From contig NC_043006.1 of the NCBI RefSeq assembly GCF_006345805.1, forward strand, positions 23,746,001-23,810,000: a stretch of 64,000 nt of DNA, in the 5' to 3' direction. A program made the position numbers and the translations under genes. Below are positions 28,489-39,620 of the stretch, one piece after another (positions within the stretch are counted from its first letter, which is position 1; every line of letters begins with the position of its first letter). The notes beneath the pieces were generated by a model, which was not told where the DNA came from, did no database searches, and saw only the letters and a list, made by a program, of their open reading frames with translations. The DNA is from Octopus sinensis (lineage: Eukaryota).

Positions 28489-28520
<32 letters not shown>

Positions 28521-28552
28521 CACACACACACACACGCGTACACACACACACA

Positions 28553-28604
<52 letters not shown>

Positions 28605-28624
28605 TACACATACACACACACATA

Positions 28625-28705
<81 letters not shown>
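28489..28705. repeat. (CA)n microsatellite; further CA/TA-type tracts at ~23500-23840 and 24595-24930
   Basis: Direct. Confidence 0.95.
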
Positions 28706-28706
<1 letters not shown>

Positions 28707-29830
28707 TGGCAAGCTTCCATACAATTTCTGTCAATCAAATTCATTCAAAAGGGACTGGTTGGCTCGGGGCTGTAGTAGAAGGCACTTGCCCAAGGTGCCA
28801 TGCAGTGGAGCTGAACCCAATGCCATGTGGTTGCAAAGCAAGATTCTTAACCACACAGCCATGCTTGCATTTATAATACTGAATATGTGCTAGAAATAGT
28901 AGCCAGATTTCCTTGGAATCATATATTACAGGCTTTTAACAAAGGAGACATTGGATAACATAGTCCTAGGTACACAGTGTCAAAATGAAAACACAGAATC
29001 TGGTCTCAACCTGCTGAATCTACCATTTTACTATGCCAGTGTCATGGGGCCGTAAATTTGGACAGAGAGAGAGTTTGTGTGTGTGTGTTGAGTACATCAC
29101 ATCCCAGTACTCGACTGACATTTTGCTTTATTCATTCCAGAATTATGAATGGCAAAGGCAGGTGGACAAGTGGTTAGGGGCATTGTACTCATGAGCACAA
29201 AATTGTGGTTTCAATCCTGGGGGCTGGTCAGCATGCTGTGTTCTTGAGCAAAGTGCTTCCTTTCACATTACTCCAGTCCACTCAGCTGTAAACTGCGATG
29301 GACTGGCACCTCACTCCAGGGAGGAAATGTTGTGGTCTTCTCAGTCTCCTATACTCTATGGAAACCAAGTAACTGGCCCTGAGTTTGAGGACTTGAGACA
29401 GAACTATCTAGATGATGAGGAATAATGAAAAACAAAGTTGACTCAGGCAGGATTTGAACTCAGAACATAAACAGCCATAACATAACGTGGAAGCTTGTCC
29501 AAAGCTCTACTCGTTCAGCCAAATTAATGCCCTTATTATAACAACATTAATCCTTTCTACTATAGGCACAAGGCCTCGAATTTGGTGGTGGGAGGGAATA
29601 GTCGATTATATCAACCCCAGTGTGTAACTGATACTTAATTTATCGACCCCGAAAGGATGAATGGCAAAGTTGTCCTTGGCGGAATTTGAACTCAGAACAT
29701 AAACACAGGTGAAATACCACTAAGCATTTCGTCCAGTGTGCTAACGATTCTGCCAGCTCACCACCTTTCACTGCCTGAATAATAGCAACAACAATAATAA
29801 TAATAATAATAATTATAATAATAATAATAA

Positions 29831-29980
29831 GGCACTGCACACACACTGCACACATCCTACGCAGAACACTTTCCATACAATAACCATCAGAGCATCATAA
29901 CAAATCACAGCACATACCCAAGGCACACAGAGCTGCGCTCGGTAGTGAAGTGAAAGCACGCTATAAAAATAAAACTACTG
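29831..29980 (+). mobile_element. Dong/R4-like LINE 3' end embedded in (TAA)n
   Basis: TAHILRRTLSIQ* resembles the GTAHILRKVL-type C-terminus of restriction-like-endonuclease LINEs. Short 3' UTR follows, with (AAT)n on both sides. Confidence 0.6.
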
Positions 29981-32412
29981 AATAATAATAATAATAATAA
30001 TAACAATGCTTGGTGATTGAATTCAATTAACTTATACAACTGATGTTACATGAACTCTGGGAAGGTGGCAGACAGAGTAGATGCAGGACACCGACACAAT
30101 TCAGAACAACAACAGCAACAGTAATTAACAGCAACAAATGTTTTCCCAACACAAAGAATATAAGAATAATAGTAATTTAGTTTTACCTCTTTTAAAACCA
30201 TTGTACATGGTTCCAACAACCAGTGTGGATGAGTGTGGTGGGAGGAACGGGGCGGGGGTGAAGATAGAAGGTGTGGTGTATGAAAAGAACACAAAAGTTT
30301 TCCATGTCTCAGGTTTCGGTTTTTGCCGCCAGTCTGCGAGTCTGTAAACCTTTTGAGAGAGACAGTTTGTGTGTGTGAGTGTGTGTGTGTGTGTGTAGAT
30401 TGGAAATTTGGGATTGTAAACCTAGAAGAATAGTGTATCTTTTATTATAGACACGCACACCAAGCCATCAATGCCCAACATGCATGAATATGTGTGTGTG
30501 CGTGAGTGAGTGACGGACAGACAGACTTGTGTGTGTACGTGGCTGGAGAAAGAAATAGAAGTAGAGAAAAAGAGAGAGAGAGTATATATTTACATTACAA
30601 GAGGAAACCAAGTCTTAAGAGTTTCAAACAGCCAGCCACCCACTCACACACACACACAATATACACCATCATCAGCACCAACATCCCATCACCATCTTCC
30701 TCGCCATATGAATCACTTCATTGCCACATTTTTAATGGTTCCGCTTTTTCCTTTTTTTCACTCCTCCTTTCAGTTACATAGCATCCCTCTCTCTCTCTCC
30801 CTCTCTCAATAGTTAACAGTCTAAAGTCAGAAAAGTATGTGGTGACACTTCTCCTCTAGACACAGACATTCATATATATATATATATATATGAGACATAT
30901 ATACCATACACACACATTCTTATTTATATGTGCATATACAGAAACTGGAGTGTATTGCGTTTATCATATACACATTCATACTCAAACACACACACACACA
31001 CATTTATTATTTCCGTAAGTTATACACCAGAAACAGTTGAGTACTAAAGTGCTGAGGACCAATTTTCCCTCTATTTTTTCCTGTAACAAAAGACATGTCT
31101 AATGAATGCATATACATATATAAATATATGCACACATACACACACACACACATATATATATGCCCCACTATTTTTGGAAATAAATCTTTTGTGTAGATTA
31201 ATTTCTTGTGCGCACATTAATTTCTTTTGTGTTAAGGTTGAAAGATGTGTGAGCATATACACACCTACACATACAAACACACATGCACACACACACACAC
31301 ACACACACAGAGTAGGTGCAGACATGAATGCGTAAAGAATTTCTCTTTCCAACCACATTGTAGCAGGTTCAATCCTTCAGCAAGTCTCTTCTGCTAGCCT
31401 CCCAGGCCAACAATGCATCGTGAGTGAATTTGGCAGAAGGAAACTTTGCTGCAGCCTGTTGCATGTGTGTGCACGTGCAAGTAAACATACATACATGCAT
31501 CTGTGTGTATGTCTTTCACTGCTTGACACATGGTGTTTGTGTGTAGCCTCGTAACTTCACAGCTGGTCAAAAGAGACTGGTAGACTAAGGAGCAGATTTA
31601 ACGTAAGCATTGGGGACGATCTGATTAATTCAACCCGCCAAGGTGGTATTCCAGCTAGCAGTATAACTAAGGGAAACAAAGGGAAGCAAAAGGGGCAGTC
31701 AACCCAGGGTGGCACACATTCTAGCTACGCCACTGGTCCCCAACATGGTTGCCATCCAATGACTGAGGATAAAAGCAGTAGAAGAATAAATGAAGTGATG
31801 GACATAAAGTACCATCCTATACGGCATTGTTAGTTAAGAGGGCTCAGAAACAGAGCTGAGCAGGGTCACACAACACTTATTAACGAAACACTGCTCCCAC
31901 TGATGGCAGGGGTGAAATGAAGTCCCAGTCAGTTGGGTCAGCACCATATTTCCCATTAGAGTTACTTCACACAACAACATATTTATGTCACAGAGTTGTA
32001 AGACATTCTGTGCATTTATTAGTTTTGTGGCAAAAGTGTGTAATGCTTTTATATGTTTGGTTGTTTAAGCTTAAATATCGCCGTATGGGTTTAGAAGACC
32101 TTTTCTTTCCCTTGAGTCACATGATCTAGTGGCTTGCCAAACTAGCTGTATGTGTTGGTCAGTTACTAACTGTCCAATTGCATTTTTGCAGCAGTTTGTT
32201 TTCAACATGGGGGAAGACCACTTTGTCTCCAGAGCCTACCCAGGGTTATAAAAACCACGTCTCTTGGGAGCAGCATTGCTAACCCAGAAATCCAGCCTGT
32301 TTCACAGCTTTCTTCATCCAGCCTTCTCTGGTCTTCGTTTACAGCAACAAACAGCAGACCACAGCCACATCAACAGACCCACCAGAACTGAAGTCAATTA
32401 GATCCTTCTTCC

Positions 32413-32649
32413 AGACAAGGAGATATTGATAAATTGGGTATAGCTGATCATGTGTGAAAAAATGGAGACCACCTCCCCCTGTGGGATGAAGTTAAAATAA
32501 TAGACAGAGAACACCTCTGGAAAATACAAAAACTAAAAGAAGCAGCACATATGCTAGGACACAACAACCTCCTAAGCAGACCGAGTGCAGATATGAACAG
32601 CATATGGGAACTGGTATTAAGGAAGGATAGGAAAAGATTAAATTTATAA
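32413..32649 (+). mobile_element. Penelope-like element, C-terminal GIY-YIG endonuclease relic
   Basis: Manual translation: RQGDIDKLGIADHV*KNGDHLPLWDEVKIIDREHLWKIQKLKEAAHMLGHNNLLSRPSADMNSIWELVLRKDRKRLNL*. Matches the PLE GIY-YIG tail pattern (IAxH..W..H...WD.VKI.DRE..W..RK.KEA.H). One internal stop. Confidence 0.8.
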
Positions 32650-32669
32650 GCTCTAAAATTCATTCCATA

Positions 32670-32920
32670 ATTGCCCACAGGCATAGTGGTTAAGAGCAAG
32701 GGCTACTAACCCCGAGATTCCGAGTTCGATTCCAGGCAGTGACCTGAATAATAATAATAATAAAAATAATAACATTGAAAAATACCTTAGGAATGAGAAC
32801 CAAGGTTTGAAATTTCCCCAAGACACCTGATGAAGGCTGGAGGGTATATCAGCCGAAACGTTGTGTTGAAAACAAACAAGAGGAGGACAAATATCCATCA
32901 AATGTAAATTATGTAAATAA
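32670..32920 (+). mobile_element. PLE 3' module: tRNA-like head, (AAT)n, hammerhead ribozyme
   Basis: A-box-like TAGTGGTTAAG (32684) and B-box GAGTTCGATTCC (32722), then (AAT)n and the hammerhead at 32822-32867. Begins about 30 nt after the GIY-YIG stop codon. Confidence 0.85.
32822..32867 (+). ncRNA. Minimal type I hammerhead ribozyme, intact core
   Basis: Stem I GACAC/GTGTT; core CTGATGA plus one extra A; stem II GGCTG/CAGCC; GAAA; palindromic AACGTT in place of stem III. Predicted cleavage after GUU, between 32862 and 32863. Confidence 0.85.
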
Positions 32921-33382
32921 CTATCATTCTCTTTTGGCAATCTTATCTTTATAATGAAAAGAATAAATCATTGTTTATTCAACTTAACCAAATCTTATCA
33001 TTTGCTGCTTCTTTCTCTGTTACAGTTTTCTCTTTCATTAGTTTTACTTATTTGTGTCTTTCATGGTACATATATTTTTTCCTAGTACCCTTCACAACCT
33101 GTCCCTAATACCATTCAGTCTAGGGATGTCATCTGTTCTTTCTCTTTTCCTTCTCGTATTTGTCTCATTCTTTTCATTCATCTACATCTATCATATACTC
33201 TCATTTATACTCCAGCAGCTTACGTTGCTGACATTGCCAAATTGAACAATATTACCAGAAAGTATCAAAATTGTAATGATATCCACTCAACAGCTGATGA
33301 GGGGTTGAGCCTATCTGCATCCATCATGCATGCATTTTTCTTGTTTTCCATATGTTCATTTGTTGTTCCATGTGCTGCATTT

Positions 33383-33931
33383 TACGAGGGTGAGTCAAAA
33401 AGTAATGCCATTTTGTTTAAGACAGATATAATTACCAACACAGGAACATGTATCATACATCAAAACAAAGCTGGTCCTCTGTGGATCACATCCCTACTTC
33501 TCAACAACAGCAATGTTCCACCTTCAAATGAGAACATGTATCCCTGCCCTGTAAAATTCTGTTGACTGTTCTTTGAGCCACTTCTTCATAGCAGTTTTCA
33601 CTTCCTCGTCACTGGAATAATGTTTGCCTCTCAAACCTTCTTTCATGGGGCTGAAGAGATGATAGTCTGAAGGCACTAAATTATTCCAGTGACGAGGAAG
33701 TGAAAACTGTAGTGAAGAAGTTGCTCAAAGAACAGTCAACAGAATTTTACAGGGCAGGGATACCTGATCTCATTCGAAGGTGGAACATTGCTATTGAGAG
33801 AAATGGTGACTATGTTGTAGGCATGTGACCCACAGAGAACCAGCTTCATTTTGATGTATGATACACGTTCCTGTATTGGTAATTATACCTGTCCTAAACG
33901 AAATGGCATTACTTTTTGACTCACCTTCGTA
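33383..33931. mobile_element. Mariner-derived foldback MITE
   Basis: TA-CGAGGGTGAGTCAAAAAGTAATGCC ... GGCATTACTTTTTGACTCACCTTCG-TA. Arms 33383-33621 and 33680-33931. Minus strand reads PSDYHLFSPMKEGLRGKHYSSDEEVKTAMKKWLKEQSTEFY (mariner C-terminus). Confidence 0.9.
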
Positions 33932-33982
33932 TTATTAAATGACAAGGCCATGGATACTGGCCACAGTCAACAAGTCTGACTG

Positions 33983-35012
33983 ATGGTAACCTACCACCAG
34001 CAATGGAATGTGAGGAAGGTTCACTCATTGCTAACAGAGTTCAGAGGTTTGTTGTTGTCGTTGTTGTGGTGCTACTAGAAGTAACAATGTTTACGAAGTG
34101 CTGCCAGCAGTAGCAAACCCTACAGGGGCTTCATTCCAGAGAACAGGATTTACACTTAGAATATATTTCTTTACTACCCACAAGGGGCTAAACATAGAGA
34201 GGACAAACAAGGACAGACAAAGGGATTAAGTCGATTACATCGACCCCAGCATGCAACTGGTACTTAATTTATCCACCTCGAAAGGATGAAAGGCAAAGTC
34301 GACCTCGGCGGAATTTGAACTCACAACGTAACGGCAGACGAAATACCGCTAAGCATTTTGCCCGGCGTGCTAACAATTCTGCCAGCTCGCCACCTTTACA
34401 CTTAGAATATGTCATACACATAGAAACATACACACACACACCACATGCCAATATACATATATGCATACACATACACACACGCATACATGTGTGGGGAGGG
34501 AGAGAGAGAGAGAGACTGTGTGTGGGTGGGTGTGTGTGTGTGTGTGTGCATGCACAGTAAGGGTAACCTTACATAGGGGTGGCCTCAACAGCTGCAGGGA
34601 TGGGGAGTTGGGACTGTAAAAAATATAACTTACTGATCTGATAACAGTGTTCATAATTAGAATGGCTGCTTATTGATGATAAAGGCGGTAGTGGAGGAGG
34701 TGGTAGTGGTGGGGGTAGTAGTGGCGGTAAGGGATGGCATTTCATTTATATTTGAAGAGAAACAAATGAGGGAATCTCGATGCAGTCGCTCGGCCTGACA
34801 GAAACAACAGCCAAATCACCCTGAAACCCTACGACCAACATCTTCCTGAGAAAAAAGATGAATAGATTTTAGGACACAATGTTGATCCTAAATATCCAAG
34901 AAAAACACTGCAGAATGGTAACCTACCACCAGCAATGGAATGTGAGGAAGGTTCACTCATTGCTAACAGAGTTCAGAGGTTTGTTGTTGTCGTTGTTGTG
35001 GTGCTACTAGAA
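33983..35012 (+). repeat. Identical 98-bp direct repeat (33983-34080 and 34915-35012)
   Basis: atggtaacctaccacc...gtggtgctactagaa; I found no mismatch by eye. Confidence 0.9.
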
Positions 35013-37067
35013 CCTCTTTTGTGAAAATGCTTCCTGAGTGGAGGTGGTCATCAACAAGGATTGTCTGGAAAAGGTCTAGAGATTTTATCTTTTATCTTTT
35101 TCAGTCATATGAGACTGTGGCCATGCTGGGGCACCACACAACTGAAGAATTCTCAGAATCAACCCCTGTGCTTATTTTTCTTTTCAAGTCTGGAACTTAT
35201 TCTATCGGTCTCTTTTGTTGAACTGCTATGTGACAGGGACATAAACCAGTTGTCAAGTGGGAAGTGGAATAAACACACACACATACATATATAGAAAGCA
35301 GAAATGACAGTTGAAGGTAGCATTAGATTTTTGAGGCTGTTCAGTTCCTCTCAACCAATCAACTGACAGGTTGAGTAAACCTATCAATGATGGACCTGTA
35401 ATGACTACTGGGAAACAGCTGTAAGTCAAATTTACTGCAGTAAAGAAAAAAATATGTAATGGCCATCATTTATAACTTATTTTTTTATTTATTTATCTTT
35501 AGATATGTATAAATATATCATCATCATCATCATCGTTTAACGTCCATTTTCCATGCTGGCATGGTTTGGACAGTTCAACTGGGGTCTGGGAAGGGGTGGA
35601 ATTGGCTACTAGAAAGAGCAACTAAATCACCTGCTGATAATACCTTCCTTTCTTCAAAAAAGAACACATTAAGTAGTGTAGTCCTAGATACACTCAATAC
35701 AAAATGTGACCTGAACCAACAGTAGAGCCTCTGTGTGGTCATGCAACATGCTAGAAATAGCAACCAAATTCTACCTCAAATCCCACACTATTATCTTAAA
35801 ACAAAGAGACATTTGGTAATGTACTCCTAGGCAGACCATGCCTTAATACAAGACAAAAAAGTCTGACCCAATAATGAAGCCACTATGTGGTCATGCATCA
35901 TGCTAGAAATGACAACAAAATTCTGCCTCAAATCATACTCTGCTGTATCAGGAAAGGAAAGGGAACATTACATAATGTAGTTATATGTAATCTATAACAG
36001 ACAGGATAGTCAAGGCTGGAACGCATTCAGTCATAGATCTATCTGAGACTAAATGGCATTGGCAAGATGGGAGCGTCACAACTGGAGTGTCTTTAGCCAT
36101 ACATAAGCCGGTTCGATGAAAATTGATTAAGAACATCAGGAAAGCAGAACAATGACAGCTGGAACATCTTTGAGCATAACTCTGCTCATTCAGCTGGCTC
36201 CAATAACAACAACAACAACTAAATTTCATACCAAGAACACAACCTCATTATCCTACTCCCTGCCGGTTGTCCCCACCCCACCCCGAGAAGATGAAGCAGG
36301 AGGGGGAGGGTGCAGAGAAATATAATTCTCACTCAACTGATAAGATATCTTGAATATACACAGTGGCAATAAAATAAACTAGAAACAGGATTCTTTATAA
36401 GGCAGACTTAAAAGGCAACAAGGAAGAAATAAAACAGTTTACTACTGTTTCTGGAATTGCCATTCCTTGGTGTCCTAGTTGGATGCGTCTCACCCCCATG
36501 GATAGCATCAAAAGCAAAGAAACACTTCCATTTTTAGCATCACTATCGAAAAAACAGAAACATCTTTCAAGGAATACCGGTGCCACATAAAAAGCACTCG
36601 TGCTTGTGCCATGCATAAAGTACCTGTGTTGGTGCCACATAAAGATCACCCATGCTGGGGCCATGTAAAGAGCACTTGCGCTGGTACCATGTATGAAGCA
36701 CCCTCATTGGTGCCACATATAAGGCACTGGTGGGGCTGGTTCCATGTATAAGGCACTGGTGATGCTGGTTCCACATAAAAAAAGCATGTGGTGCACTCTG
36801 TAAAGTGGTTGGTGCTAGGAAGAGCATCCAGCTGTAGAAACCATGTCAAAACAGACAATGGAACCTAGTGTGGGTCTTGGCCTTGCTACCTCTGGTCAAA
36901 ACTGCCCCCAACCCATGCCAGCATAGAAAATGGACATTAAATGATGATGATGATGATAACGACTTATCTATGCAATTATAACAAGGTATTATATACAAAT
37001 ATAGGACTATGTGTATCTGTGTCTGAAGACTAGCTTATCATTTGGGGTAACACTCCCACCTCGTAGA

Positions 37068-37373
37068 TTGGGATGGAAGAGATGCCACTAGAGGAGTAAG
37101 GACACGGTCAAGGTATTTTGAGATGAGCTCCATGGGGCAGTTACAGGCGGAGACGATGGGGCAGCCAGGGTTGTTGGGTTTCTGGATTTTGGGGAGGAAG
37201 TAAATGGTGGGGGTGCGTGGGGTTCGGACAATGAGGTTGGATGCGGTGTGGGGGAGACGGGAGGACGAGATGAGGTCATGGACAGTAGAGGATACCGTCT
37301 GTTGGTAGCTAAGCGTGGGGTCAGAGGACAGAGGGGAGTAGAAGGAGGTGTCATTGAGTTGGCGGAGCGCCTA
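37068..37373 (-). mobile_element. Penelope-like element reverse transcriptase N-terminal relic
   Basis: Frame not shown in the ORF track: ALRQLNDTSFYSPLSSDPTLSYQQTVSSTVHDLISSSRLPHTASNLIVRTPRTPTIYFLPKIQKPNNPGCPIVSACNCPMELISKYLDRVLTPLVASLPS. Contains the PLE RT motifs Y.LPKIHK and GRPIVS in mutated form. Confidence 0.85.
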
Positions 37374-37543
37374 TATAACAACACTTTCATGTAAAGAGGA
37401 ATCTCTCAATAATTATCAAGTCTGCAACATGAAAGACAAATACCAACCAATGATGATCTTGGTAACCCAGAAATGAAGAATATTTATCTACCAATGCAGC
37501 ATTGAGCACTCCTTCTCACTGTTCTATATCAACACATATATAC

Positions 37544-37579
<36 letters not shown>

Positions 37580-38949
37580 CACAAATATTCCAGAGAAGGC
37601 TAGAATACATTTTTTTTTAATTTTTTCATCATTATTGTACATTTTCCTTTTTTTTTCTTTTTTGCATATGAAAATGCATGATAACCGCATCATTTAATGT
37701 CTACATTTTCCAGAAAAAATTATATCAATTAATTTCAGACTTACTTCCATAGTATATATGACAATTTCACTATCACGATCGTCACCATATTCCACCCTGT
37801 CCACCACCACCGAAAACCACCACCACCACCACTGTTATTGTTATTATTGTTAAAACTTCCATTAGTATTGTTCTTGATGATAATTAGATTGAGGTTAAAA
37901 TCCCAAACAAACCCATGTAATCATCACACATGTGGAAGCAATAGAGAAATACAACCTTACAGCAGGGCATTCGTGCACACACACACACACACACACACGC
38001 GCGTAGACACCATTATATGATATATAAAATATAACAAAGATGCTATCAGGAAAATGTGATGATGAGAAGAGAATTAAAACATTGTTTCATTAAAGTGGAC
38101 ATAATGGAGAAGTGTGTGTATATACACATGTATTTATGTGTAAATGTGTGCAGTAAATGCATACAAATGTATTTCATATGTACATATATATATATAACAC
38201 ACACACACATACATATATGTATGTATGTAAATATCAGTGCCAGTCGATGCCAATGCCTGGTTGATGCCAGTGCCACCTGACTTGCCCCTGGTGCCAGTGG
38301 CACATAAAAAGCACCATTTGAGCCAGTGATTGATGCCAGTGCCGCCTGACTGGCCCCCATGCTAGTGGCATTGTAAAACGTACCCACTATACTCTTGGAG
38401 TGGTTGGTGTTAGGAAGGGCATCCAGCTGTAGAAACTTTGCCAGGTTAGATTTGAGGCTGGTGCAGACTCCCAGGCTTGTCAGTTCTCAATCAAGCCATC
38501 CAACCCATGCCAGCATGGAAAGCAGATGTTAAATCATGATGATATATACATGAGAGCAGGTGCAGGCATAGCTGTGTGGTTAAGAAGCTCACTTGGAAAG
38601 CATATGGCTACAGGTTCGGGCAAAATATCTTCTACTGTAGCCCTAGGCTGACATCGATGCCTTCTGAGTAGATTTGGAAGACAGGAACTATCAAAGCTCA
38701 CCCTTGGTGTGTGCCTGTATTTACCCCCCCCACACACACACACACACCACTTGCCAACCAGTATTGGTTTGTTTACATCCCTGTAACTTATCAGCTCAGC
38801 AATAATAAAAAAAAACAAAAAAACTACAGAATATATACTAGGCTTAAAAATGAATACCGGAGTTGATTTGTATGACTAAAACATTTCAACATGTTGCTCC
38901 AGCATGGCTGCATCCCAGTGATTGAGTTAAGTAAAAGATGTAGAGTGCA

Positions 38950-39262
38950 ATATAATCGCAAAGAGAAAGGGAGCTAAAGTGACTCCTTGCAGGACTCCTG
39001 CTGTTGTTTCAAGCTCTTCAGTTGAACTGTCTGTGGCTTTGCACAAAGCTCAATGGGTTGTTATAAATGATAGAGATGACGCTGACAATCTCATCCAGGA
39101 TGCCATTGGTCAACATATCAACAAGATACATGGCATGGCCTTTCTGTTGACATTATCAAATGCTTTGGAGAACTCCACAAATACAATTGATACCTTTTAC
39201 TTAGAGATTCTGAACTTTTCTTACAATTCTAAGAGAAAGTATTTTGTGCATTCTGCTAATGA
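38950..39262 (-). mobile_element. Decayed non-LTR RT core fragment
   Basis: Manual translation gives KVSIVFVEFSKAFDNVNR and GVLQGVTLAPFLFAIIL (RT motifs FVDFSKAFD and GVLQGDTLAPFLF), with stops and frameshifts. Confidence 0.8.
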
Positions 39263-39319
39263 TTCTAAAAGTTAACCACTTTATTAATAATAATAATAAC
39301 AATAATAATAATAATAATA

Positions 39320-39357
<38 letters not shown>

Positions 39358-39572
39358 GATTTCAAATTTTTGTCAAAAGACTAGCTTACATCGACCCCAG
39401 TATTCGACTGGTACTTATTTTATCGAGCCCGAAAGGATGAAAGGCCCTGTCATACTCAGTGGAGTTTGAACTCAGAATGGAGAGACGGGTGAAATACTGT
39501 TAAGCATTTTGTCCAGCATGCTAACAATTCTGCCAGCTCACCGCCTTGATGATGGTGATGATGATGATGATG

Positions 39573-39620
<48 letters not shown>

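Noticed and set aside
33214-33290. Minus-strand acceptor/donor pair (ctcatcag ... AAC|gtaagc)
   Set aside because: Stop codons in all three frames.
37088-37390. Pro/Ser-rich 100-aa ORF as a host exon
   Set aside because: Off-frame reading of a Penelope RT relic.
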